Source: a virus
Taxonomy: Duplodnaviria > Heunggongvirae > Uroviricota > Caudoviricetes
Direction: 5' to 3' (one strand)
Virus record (IMG/VR): IMGVR_UViG_3300035696_001272
DNA length: 64,000 nucleotides
How positions within the stretch are numbered: position 1 is the first letter of the stretch; the number at the start of each line of letters is the position of its first letter. The notes below the pieces were generated by a model that saw nothing but the letters and a program-made list of their open reading frames with translations, had not been told where the DNA came from and did no database searches. Positions 41,551 to 49,979 of this stretch are shown here, one piece after another. Made by a program: the position numbers and the translations under genes.

Positions 41551-42561
41551 ATGTCTCCCACATTAGTTAAAATTCTCGTAGCTGTTGGCGCAATCGTCAC
41601 TTTAGGTGCTCTAGCATTCATTGCTTACACCCAACACGAACTCAAGGTTCAACAGACAGCAATCCAGACTCAGATTGTTCAACAACAACAATTGGTAGAT
41701 GGAATTGTTAGAAGCCAAAGTCAATACGCCACCAAGGATGATATGGCCAATTTTGCTGCCGCTAATAATATCAACCTGAAGGCCATTCAAGATAACTTGA
41801 GCACGTTAAATTCTCAGCTGGCTGCAATCAATATCATTACTGCAGATAGCACTGGACAGACAGTGGGTAATTTGCCCAGCACTAGTGTTGGAGGTAAGAA
41901 CCCTAATCCAACCACTGCGCCAGTGTGCAAAGACGGAACAACTTGCCCAAACACTGATGCATTTGGATATCAGTTGGCAACACAGAACTTAGCACTGAAT
42001 GAAGATTTTGCTAATGTCAAAGTTCCAATTGGCACTGTAGGTTTTAGTGCCTGGCAGCAATCTCCATGGAGCATCAACATTGCTCCAAGAGAATACAACG
42101 TAGATACCGTGGTTGGTGTTGATGAAAACCAAAGACAGACTTTCTACAACAAATTTACTGTCAAAGTGGGTGACAAGGATTACGATATTCCAATCAAGAA
42201 TGCTACCACCAAACAACAGTATCCATCTCCTACCTTTAGCTTCTGGAATCCAAGACTCCTGTTGGGATTAGATGGTGGTATCAATATTTCCCGTCTTACC
42301 GGAGAAATTGTCCCAAGCGTAAATCTTGGCATCATGTCCTATGGTCAATATAAAACAACCCCCGACTTCTCTATTCTAGAAATAGGTCTTGGGTATGGGG
42401 CGATTAACAAAACTGGTGAGTTGATTATCACACCAGTTGCGTATAATATTGGCAAAAATCTATTTTCGCCTCTAATGAATAACACTTACATCGGAGCAAG
42501 CTTTATGGTTGGAACTGATGGAAGCATGGGGGTCATAGGTGGCCTCAGAGTAGGATTCTAA
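41551..42561 (+). CDS. Membrane protein: N-terminal TM, coiled coil, C-terminal beta-strands (candidate spanin)
   Basis: Hydrophobic aa 5-26, Gln-rich coiled coil, alternating beta-strands ending GVIGGLRVGF. Confidence 0.5.
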   Translation: MSPTLVKILVAVGAIVTLGALAFIAYTQHELKVQQTAIQTQIVQQQQLVDGIVRSQSQYATKDDMANFAAANNINLKAIQDNLSTLNSQLAAINIITADSTGQTVGNLPSTSVGGKNPNPTTAPVCKDGTTCPNTDAFGYQLATQNLALNEDFANVKVPIGTVGFSAWQQSPWSINIAPREYNVDTVVGVDENQRQTFYNKFTVKVGDKDYDIPIKNATTKQQYPSPTFSFWNPRLLLGLDGGINISRLTGEIVPSVNLGIMSYGQYKTTPDFSILEIGLGYGAINKTGELIITPVAYNIGKNLFSPLMNNTYIGASFMVGTDGSMGVIGGLRVGF

Positions 42562-43388
42562 TGTTACATATTCTAACTTTAACTTGGAATGGTTCTGACA
42601 AATTATCCAAGCTGTATGATTCTCTTATGCCAGCTTTAGAAGGTGTGAATTATCGTTGGCTAATTAAAGATAATGCTTCTAAAGATGATACAGTTGCTAA
42701 AGCTTCTGCCTGGCAGGGTAATATTGAAGTTATCCCTTACAAAGATAATAGACAAAACTTTTCAGAGGGATGTAATTTCCTATTTCATGCTGCTAAGCCA
42801 AGTGATAATGACTTTATCATGCTACTCAATAATGATATCATCTTCAATGATAAAGAGTCTATCAAGAATATGCTGGCCATTATTCAGAAAGACAGTTCTA
42901 TAGGTGTAGTTGGTTCTAGACTATTGTATACCAATACAGATACTCTGCAACATGCGGGTGTTGTGTTTAGTCCGGCCTACAAAACTCCAATGCATTTCCG
43001 TGCAGGTCAGAAGACAGACAATGACGCATCTCGTAACAGAGAATTTCAGGTTGTTACCGGAGCTGTTTGCATTACTAAAGCTGATTACTTCAAGAACGCT
43101 TTTGATAAAAATAAGTCGGGCGTCAAAGGTATGGATGAAAATTATCATTGGGCATTTGACGACGTAGATCTGTGTCTATCTATCAAATACAACATGAACA
43201 AAAAAATTGTGTATTGCGGAAAGACCAATATTTTTCATGAAGAAAGTGCCTCTTTGAAAAAGAATCCAACTAACAAATTATTTTTGTCCCACAATCTTCA
43301 ATATCTTTTTAGAAAATGGGATAACCGATATATGATTGATCAGGACACCTACAATAAGGATCCTAGACATAATCTCTATCGAGATTAA
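42561..43388 (+). CDS. Glycosyltransferase family 2
   Basis: IKDNASKD, NFSEGCN, LLNND, LQHAG, VTGA, FDDVDLCL, HEESAS motifs. Confidence 0.85.
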   Translation: MLHILTLTWNGSDKLSKLYDSLMPALEGVNYRWLIKDNASKDDTVAKASAWQGNIEVIPYKDNRQNFSEGCNFLFHAAKPSDNDFIMLLNNDIIFNDKESIKNMLAIIQKDSSIGVVGSRLLYTNTDTLQHAGVVFSPAYKTPMHFRAGQKTDNDASRNREFQVVTGAVCITKADYFKNAFDKNKSGVKGMDENYHWAFDDVDLCLSIKYNMNKKIVYCGKTNIFHEESASLKKNPTNKLFLSHNLQYLFRKWDNRYMIDQDTYNKDPRHNLYRD

Positions 43389-43399
43389 ACTGGAGACAG

Positions 43400-44374
43400 A
43401 TGAAGAAAGTACTTGTCACAGGTTCATGCGGATTTATTTTTGGTAATTTTATTCGTAAAGCTATCTACGATCAAAATCAGAAAAAACCACAGGACAGGAA
43501 TTATACATTTACGAGTGTGGATCGTGTAACAGCGAATGCTCTCAACTCAATGTATTGGAACAAGAACCACATCTTTCATCCGGCAGATATTCGTGATGCC
43601 CACGTCATGGATATTATCTTCCAATTTGAGAAGCCAGATATCGTCATCCATGGAGCGGCTGAAACCTTCGTGGATACTTCATTGAAGGATCCTAATTCCT
43701 TCGTGACTTCCAACGTATTGGGAACCCAAGTCATAATCAACTGCTGTCTAAAACACCAGGTTGAAAAGCTAATTTATATTTCTACAGATGAAGTCTATGG
43801 TCAACTTACCAGCGATTCTGAGCCTGCCTGGACAGAAGAATCGCCCCTCAATCCTAGAAACCCCTATTCAGCCACAAAAGCAGCCGGGGAACTGATGGTA
43901 AAGGCCGCTCACCAGACGCATGGGTTAATTTATAACATTACCAGAAGCTCTAACTGCTATGGACCTCGCCAATTGCCTGAAAAGCTGATTCCAAAGGCTA
44001 TAAAGTGCGTGTTGAACGGCGAAAAGATTCCAATATACGGCAAGGGCCAACAGATTAGGGATTGGACCTACGTGGCGGATAACTGTTCGGCTTTAATGAC
44101 TATTTTGGATAAAGGCGCCCCAAATGAAATTTATAATATTTCAGCCAAGCAAGAATTCACCAATATAGAGACCATCCAATCCGTTTGTAATGCGATGAGC
44201 AAAGGACACGACTTGATTTCATTCATTGAAGATCCAAGAGGCGGACACGATTTTAGGTACTCTATCACTACTGATAAAGTCCAAAAATTGGGATGGAAGC
44301 CCTCTTACAAATTCAAAGATGGTATTAAGGATACAGTACAGTGGTACTTAGACAACCAGTGGTTTTTGAAGTGA
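43400..44374 (+). CDS. rfbB: dTDP-glucose 4,6-dehydratase-like extended SDR
   Basis: TGSCGFI, H.AAETFVD.S, STDEVYG, PYSATKA, SNCYGPRQ.PEKLIP, RDW.YV.D, GHDFRYS motifs. Confidence 0.85.
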   Translation: MKKVLVTGSCGFIFGNFIRKAIYDQNQKKPQDRNYTFTSVDRVTANALNSMYWNKNHIFHPADIRDAHVMDIIFQFEKPDIVIHGAAETFVDTSLKDPNSFVTSNVLGTQVIINCCLKHQVEKLIYISTDEVYGQLTSDSEPAWTEESPLNPRNPYSATKAAGELMVKAAHQTHGLIYNITRSSNCYGPRQLPEKLIPKAIKCVLNGEKIPIYGKGQQIRDWTYVADNCSALMTILDKGAPNEIYNISAKQEFTNIETIQSVCNAMSKGHDLISFIEDPRGGHDFRYSITTDKVQKLGWKPSYKFKDGIKDTVQWYLDNQWFLK

Positions 44375-44399
44375 TATAAATAGGTCGCAAGGAGCAATA

Positions 44400-45761
44400 A
44401 TGCCAGCTACGTCAGTTACAGAACAGGGACAAAAAGAAGAAGTAGTGGACGATGTGTCCAGTGTAGAAGTTAAATCAGAAGATGCGGTAGATGCCAGCAA
44501 AATGGCCGCGCTAAAAGCTAAAAATCAAGCCAAGCAACAGGAGAGTAAGATGGCTGCAAAAATTGTGTCGAAAAAAGAAAGAAGTATCGCTTTAGGAGTA
44601 GTTGGATCTGGTCAAGCTGGTTCTAGAATTGCTGAAGCCTTTTATAAGCTAGGTTATGATTCAATAGCAATTAACACTGCTATGCAAGACTTAAAGTTCA
44701 TTGATATTCCAGATTCTAACAAGTTACTTTTGGAATACGGTTTGGGTGGAGCTGCTAAGGAAATTGAAATTGGTCGTGCTGCGGCCGATTCTCATCGTGG
44801 AGAAATTCTACAACTCATTAATGAGAAACTGCAAAATTCGCAAGTCAACGTACTTTGCTTGAGTTTGGGCGGTGGTTCTGGTGCAGGCTCTTGCGAAACT
44901 ATGGTAGATGTTCTGTCCGGTTTAGGTAAGCCATTAGTCGTAATCACTGTGTTGCCAATGGATACTGAAGATGCACAGACTAAAGCAAATGCTCTAGAGA
45001 CGCTCTCTAAGTTAGCTAAGTTAACTCAAAGTAAGAGAGTTAATAATTTGATTGTGGTAGATAATGCTAAGATTGAGGCTATCTATCATAACATCAGCCA
45101 AGTCGATTTCTACGGTGTAGCCAATAAGGCCATTGTGGAACCAATCGATATCTTCAACTCACTTTCTTCCATGGCTTCATCTGTCAAAGGTCTTGACCCA
45201 ATGGAATGGGGCAAGCTGTTTACTGATGGTGAAGGATTAACTGTCTATGGTGAATTAACAGTTGATAACTTTGCAGAAGATACGGCAATCGCTGAAGCAG
45301 TTGTCAATAATCTAAATGGCAATTTGTTAGCTGGCGGTTTTGATCTGAAGCAATCTAGATACGTTGGTGTCATTATTGCTGCCAACAAAGAGACTTGGTC
45401 GAAGATTCCAAGTTCTAGCATTACTTATGCTATGGCGATGGTAAATGATCAATGTGGAACTCCCAAAGGTGTATTCAAGGGAATCTATACTGTAGAAACT
45501 CCTGACCCAGTTGTCAAAGTATACAGTATGTTCAGCGGTCTAGGATTGCCAGATTCACGTGTTACCCAGTTGAAGAAGGATGCTCAAGAACTTCTACAAA
45601 ATGTTAAGGGCAAAGACGAACAAAGAAACCTCAACCTTAATTTGGACACTGGAACTAACGAAACTGTTTCTGCCGCTCAAAAGGTTAAAGAGAAGATCGC
45701 TCAAAAGTCCTCCGCTTTCGGTAAGCTAGTTGGTGGTGTTGTTGACAGGAGAAAAGCATAA
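44400..45761 (+). CDS. Tubulin/FtsZ-family GTPase (PhuZ/TubZ-like)
   Basis: G.GQAG.RI, AINT...DL, tubulin signature LGGGSGAG, VLP, VVDN; C-terminal coiled tail. Confidence 0.85.
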   Translation: MPATSVTEQGQKEEVVDDVSSVEVKSEDAVDASKMAALKAKNQAKQQESKMAAKIVSKKERSIALGVVGSGQAGSRIAEAFYKLGYDSIAINTAMQDLKFIDIPDSNKLLLEYGLGGAAKEIEIGRAAADSHRGEILQLINEKLQNSQVNVLCLSLGGGSGAGSCETMVDVLSGLGKPLVVITVLPMDTEDAQTKANALETLSKLAKLTQSKRVNNLIVVDNAKIEAIYHNISQVDFYGVANKAIVEPIDIFNSLSSMASSVKGLDPMEWGKLFTDGEGLTVYGELTVDNFAEDTAIAEAVVNNLNGNLLAGGFDLKQSRYVGVIIAANKETWSKIPSSSITYAMAMVNDQCGTPKGVFKGIYTVETPDPVVKVYSMFSGLGLPDSRVTQLKKDAQELLQNVKGKDEQRNLNLNLDTGTNETVSAAQKVKEKIAQKSSAFGKLVGGVVDRRKA

Positions 45762-46057
45762 TGGAATCAGAAACACTTAAACACTTTATCGGTAAGGATG
45801 TTGAAATCTTGGTGGCAGGAGTTTGGGTTGAAGGTCATATGACCCCAATCGTAAAGGGAGTAATTACATTGCTTCCTTTTACAGATACAGCTGAATTCTA
45901 CGGTCCTACCGCATTAAAGATGGACGTCGTCCAAGCCATTAGACAAGTTAAAAGACAAAAGCAAGCTGCTGCACCTGTACAAACACCAACTGATGGTTCA
46001 GTTAGATCCAGTTTAGAACAAGTAAATCCAGCTCAACGTTTTGTGGTGAAAAAATGA
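45761..46057 (+). CDS. Putative Sm/LSm-fold protein
   Basis: LKHFIGKDVEILVAGVWVEG...YGPTALKMDVVQAIR resembles Sm1/Sm2 motifs. Confidence 0.45.
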   Translation: MESETLKHFIGKDVEILVAGVWVEGHMTPIVKGVITLLPFTDTAEFYGPTALKMDVVQAIRQVKRQKQAAAPVQTPTDGSVRSSLEQVNPAQRFVVKK

Positions 46058-46341
46058 AGCGAACAAAGAAATTAACTCGTAAACAAAAAAGGGCAGCTTT
46101 GCTTGCAACATTGGCAACCCCAAAGCCACCGCGTAAACCATTCAAACAAAAAGAGATGCTCAAGCTCTCTGTTGTATTGAAGAGGCAAGCTGTAAAGAAA
46201 GCTACCAAGCTATTAGCTCGTCAACAGAAGAAAGAAAAGCAAGGGCATGAACATCATGATCATGAGCATCATCATGTTCATGAAGAACACGAGCATGAGC
46301 ATGAAGAACACGAGCACGAAGGACATGAGGAACACGAGTAA
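46054..46341 (+). CDS. Small basic protein with His/Glu-rich C-terminal tail
   Basis: Lys/Arg-rich N-terminal ~60 aa, then HEHHDHEHHHVHEEHEHEHEEHEHEGHEEHE; overlaps both neighbours. Confidence 0.6.
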   Translation: MKRTKKLTRKQKRAALLATLATPKPPRKPFKQKEMLKLSVVLKRQAVKKATKLLARQQKKEKQGHEHHDHEHHHVHEEHEHEHEEHEHEGHEEHE

Positions 46342-46682
46342 TGCAAATTCAAGTATTGGAAAATTTTCTCAATCAACAAGTTGAGGTAACTGTTGCGAAT
46401 AAAACGTTCAGCGGCATCCTGAGAATGTCTGAATCGTGTGCCAACGCAATAGAACTAGATCCTACCGACGACCACGTGACGAGACGCTACGGGGCTGTGA
46501 CTATAATGGCAGACCAAATCGTTACTATTCGTGCGATGAAGCCGCGCCAAGTGGAAAAAGATATGGATATAGACTCAGAGGATTGGGATGATGTAAAATG
46601 TGCCTCTTCTGATTTTAAAACTACTGGAAGTGATGTTAAAATGCCTGCCGACCTACAAGACTATGTGAAAGATAAGGTGTAA
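46341..46682 (+). CDS. Putative Sm/LSm-fold protein
   Basis: LENFLNQQVEVTV..KTFSGIL.....NAIEL...YGAVTIMADQIVTIR fits the LSm pattern. Confidence 0.5.
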   Translation: MQIQVLENFLNQQVEVTVANKTFSGILRMSESCANAIELDPTDDHVTRRYGAVTIMADQIVTIRAMKPRQVEKDMDIDSEDWDDVKCASSDFKTTGSDVKMPADLQDYVKDKV

Positions 46683-47516
46683 ATGACAGACTTAATTAAG
46701 GGAGTTGATATCTCTACCATTCAAGGTAATGTTGATTTCAAGGCTCTCGCAGCTTCAGGAGTTCAATTCGTTATTTGTAGATGTGGTGTTGGCAACAACG
46801 GAGTCGATAACTTATACAAACAAAATGTAGCTAATGCTAAAGCCGCCGGTCTAAAAGTAATGGCATATCATTTCGTATTTCCATTGCCCACAATACCTTC
46901 ACAACCTTTACGTGATCCAAAGGCTCAGGCTCAAATGCACGTCAGTGCAGCTTGCGGGGAATTAGCCGCCTGTGATTTAGAGTGGCCAGAGCAACAAGAC
47001 TGGTCCAAGTGGGGATGTAGTGCACCTCAAATTGTTCGGTGGGCTATTGATTATCTAGCCGCCTATGAACAGCTAAGTGGTATCCGTCCAATTGTTTACA
47101 CATTCCCTAATTTTGCTGAATGTATTAATTTGCCAACTGAGTTTGGTCAGCAATACAAATTGTGGATTGCTAGTTATGAACCAACTCCATTTATTCCTAA
47201 GCCATGGACCGATTGGGTCATTTGGCAGGATAGTGGTGGAACATCACATCTGCCAAACGGCGTGCCGGTGGACACAGACAAAGCTAAAGATTTATCATTG
47301 TGGGATGCTCAACCAGCCGCTGCTCCTGCTCCAGCATTTCCTGCTGTTCAGGCACCCGTTACACCAGATCCAATTCTGGTTCCAATTCCAGAACCGGCTC
47401 CCGCACCTGTTGCGCCAGCACCTGCTCCAATCGTACCAGTTCAACCACAAGCAAATCTTTGGTCTCTGATAGTACAAGTGGTTCGTGCATTGTTCGCTAA
47501 GTACTTCAAAAAATAA
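46683..47516 (+). CDS. GH25 muramidase (endolysin) with Pro/Ala linker and amphipathic C-terminal helix
   Basis: GVDIS..QG.VDF, AYHF, CDLE, PIVYT, LWIASY, W.IWQ, VD.D motifs. Confidence 0.85.
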   Translation: MTDLIKGVDISTIQGNVDFKALAASGVQFVICRCGVGNNGVDNLYKQNVANAKAAGLKVMAYHFVFPLPTIPSQPLRDPKAQAQMHVSAACGELAACDLEWPEQQDWSKWGCSAPQIVRWAIDYLAAYEQLSGIRPIVYTFPNFAECINLPTEFGQQYKLWIASYEPTPFIPKPWTDWVIWQDSGGTSHLPNGVPVDTDKAKDLSLWDAQPAAAPAPAFPAVQAPVTPDPILVPIPEPAPAPVAPAPAPIVPVQPQANLWSLIVQVVRALFAKYFKK

Positions 47517-47594
47517 TTCCATAACGGCCCCGGCAGCTTTTCTATTTGAGTAAGATTTGTCGAGAAAAAGGTACCAGTTATATATGGTACCACA

Positions 47595-49112
47595 ATGGCC
47601 AAAATTGTTATCAAGGGCAATACCTCTCAAATTATCGAAGAGCCGGATGTTGAACACATCTTGGCCCTAGACAAACATTTGTCATTTTTCGTACAAGGCG
47701 CAGAACACACCGCCGCCTTCAAGGGATTCCTCAATCGTGATGGTGACTATGTCAAGTGGGATGGCTTTAAGAAGTTACTGACACCAACTCTACAATTCGC
47801 AACTGGTCTGGTGGAAAGAGTACAGGATTTCTATCGCGAGGCCAATAAACCAATTGAGATAGTGGATAAACGTCCAGCCAAATCGGTTGGTGTTCCTAGA
47901 AATATCTTAGACAATTTAAAAAAGATTGATAAGAGCCCGTATCCATATCAAACAGAAATTTTGGATGTCATTGACAAGAATGATCGAGGAATTATTAAAG
48001 TAGCTACTGGAGGTGGCAAATCTTTAATTGCGGCACTTATTGCTGCCAAATTAGGAAAAAAATGTATCATCTATGTAATTGGAAAAGATCTACTTTATCA
48101 ATTCCATCAATTTTTTTCGCAATGTTTCGATGAGCCAATTGGAATTATTGGAGATGGTCTGTGTCAGATTCATGACATCAACATAGCCAGTGTCTGGACT
48201 GTAGGTCAAGCCATTGGCATGAAGAAAAATGAAATCTTACTTGACTCGGATGATGATGAGGAAAGCCTAAGCAAAACAAAATACGCTGATATTCTAAAGA
48301 TGATGAAAGAAGCTAAACTTCACATCATTGATGAATGTCATATGTCGGCATGTGACACTATCCAACAGATTTACAAACACTCTCGGTCAGAGCACATCTA
48401 TGGTTTGAGTGGCTCTCCTTGGCGTGATGATGGTGCCGATCTTATGATCGAATCCATTCTTGGCAAATACATTGTTAACATACCGGCTTCCCGCCTAATC
48501 AAAGAGGGTTATCTAGCACAAGCAGTTATACGTTTTAGGGTAGTGCCGCCATATCCTGTTCCACTAGATAGAGTTTACCAATCAGTTTACAAACGCTACG
48601 TAGTGGAGAATGATGTTCGCAACGGATTGGTATTAGAGGCAGCTAAAGCCCTGGTCGGTAAGGGCTATCAAACTCTAGTCTTATTCAACAGTCTAAAGCA
48701 TGGCAAGATTCTATATGACGTTTTCAAGAAGCATATGAAATGCGCCATTCTAGATGGCTCTAATGATAAAGACGAAAGAGAAGCAGTTAAAAAAGATTTG
48801 ATGAATCATAAAATTGATTGCGTCTTGGCTTCTCGCATTTTTGACATTGGTGTAGATATTCCAAGCCTTTCTGGTTTGGTTATAGCTTGTGGCGGCAAAT
48901 CCACTGTTAAAGCTTTACAAAGAGTTGGTAGAGTTATTCGCAAGTATCCTGGTAAGAAATTTGCTGTAGTAATCGACTTTGCCGATCAAGCACCATTCCT
49001 AGATACACATTCTAGAACAAGATTTCGTATTTATACATCTGAAGAAGGATTTGATGTTTCCTGGCCAACTGAAATAAAACAGCCAAGAAAATCGAAAAAG
49101 AAACATGACTAA
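47595..49112 (+). CDS. Superfamily 2 DNA helicase (UvsW/XPB-like)
   Basis: ATGGGKS Walker A, IIDECH, GLSGSP.R.D, GVDIPSL, QRVGRVIR. Confidence 0.9.
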   Translation: MAKIVIKGNTSQIIEEPDVEHILALDKHLSFFVQGAEHTAAFKGFLNRDGDYVKWDGFKKLLTPTLQFATGLVERVQDFYREANKPIEIVDKRPAKSVGVPRNILDNLKKIDKSPYPYQTEILDVIDKNDRGIIKVATGGGKSLIAALIAAKLGKKCIIYVIGKDLLYQFHQFFSQCFDEPIGIIGDGLCQIHDINIASVWTVGQAIGMKKNEILLDSDDDEESLSKTKYADILKMMKEAKLHIIDECHMSACDTIQQIYKHSRSEHIYGLSGSPWRDDGADLMIESILGKYIVNIPASRLIKEGYLAQAVIRFRVVPPYPVPLDRVYQSVYKRYVVENDVRNGLVLEAAKALVGKGYQTLVLFNSLKHGKILYDVFKKHMKCAILDGSNDKDEREAVKKDLMNHKIDCVLASRIFDIGVDIPSLSGLVIACGGKSTVKALQRVGRVIRKYPGKKFAVVIDFADQAPFLDTHSRTRFRIYTSEEGFDVSWPTEIKQPRKSKKKHD

Positions 49113-49374
49113 AACTGATGGTAACGATTGGGTATTCCGTTTAGGCGAAATTGAAGTAATAGATGACGACACGGGGGACGTGTACACCCTAGAAGTAGGT
49201 TATGTAGTTACTCAGACAACTTTGTATGTTAGATTATGGAAGGGCGCAGAATTTGAATTCATGGGTGGTGATTTTATTTATGATTTGCAGGATTGCCTTG
49301 CTGTATCGCCAAAGATGTTAAAGGTATGTGTCGATCGCGCCAAGCGTATAGAAAAATTGAAAGCATTTGCATGA
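49105..49374 (+). CDS. Hypothetical protein, C-terminal tag family (RIEKLKAFA)
   Basis: 89-aa ORF overlapping both neighbours; carries the shared C-terminal tag. Confidence 0.65.
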   Translation: MTKTDGNDWVFRLGEIEVIDDDTGDVYTLEVGYVVTQTTLYVRLWKGAEFEFMGGDFIYDLQDCLAVSPKMLKVCVDRAKRIEKLKAFA

Positions 49375-49979
49375 CTAAAGATAAAGTAGAGGAAACTGGT
49401 GGTGAACTAACTACCATTCCCAACGATAAGTACAAAAAGTTCTTTGACAAGTTTGCAGAAATAGAAACGCTGGATGTGTCGCAATGGAAAGTTGCACACA
49501 TCCTTGGTTATTTCTGCAAGAAATACAAAGAGATCCTAGGCACAGATTATTCTTGGAAGTTCAATAATCCCAGTCCCACCAAATGCTTTGAGGTATGGCA
49601 GGTTAATACGTTGACTGCTAAACTTTCAGCCAATCCTAAAATTGTAAAGGAATACATTGATTGGGCATTTGAAACTCAGGTAAAGAATACCAATTACAGG
49701 CCACGTTCTATATCCTTCCTTACTAAAGAAGAGGTGGTTATCCCATATAAGATGAATGTCTTACTGGCTGGCCAGAAAAATCTCCACGTGGATCGTTCTA
49801 CTAGGTTGCCCGCTCCCTATCGAGATGTTTTAAGAGAGGTTGGCCACATCAACGTTGAAACCTACGGTGATTTGGCCTTCATTTCGCAAATGGATTCGAT
49901 GCCCAATGACATTGTATCTGCTATGGATAAAATGGTAGAAATGGGTTTTGACAGAGAAGTACTGAAGAGGATTGTATGA
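49371..49979 (+). CDS. Hypothetical replication-associated protein (possible initiator)
   Basis: Probable start is the ATG at 49371 (ATGA overlap); helical protein upstream of the DnaC/DnaB-like genes. Confidence 0.45.
   Translation: MTKDKVEETGGELTTIPNDKYKKFFDKFAEIETLDVSQWKVAHILGYFCKKYKEILGTDYSWKFNNPSPTKCFEVWQVNTLTAKLSANPKIVKEYIDWAFETQVKNTNYRPRSISFLTKEEVVIPYKMNVLLAGQKNLHVDRSTRLPAPYRDVLREVGHINVETYGDLAFISQMDSMPNDIVSAMDKMVEMGFDREVLKRIV

Noticed and set aside
44400-45761. Calling this a nucleus-forming phage, or naming the gene ftsZ
   Set aside because: No chimallin or multisubunit RNA polymerase is recognisable in the window, and the sequence is too divergent for a host ftsZ call.
49293-49370. 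Upstream TTG start given by the track for the 49979 ORF (similarly 61056, 52727, 53807)
   Set aside because: These extensions overlap upstream genes; downstream ATGs at or next to the upstream stop are more plausible starts.
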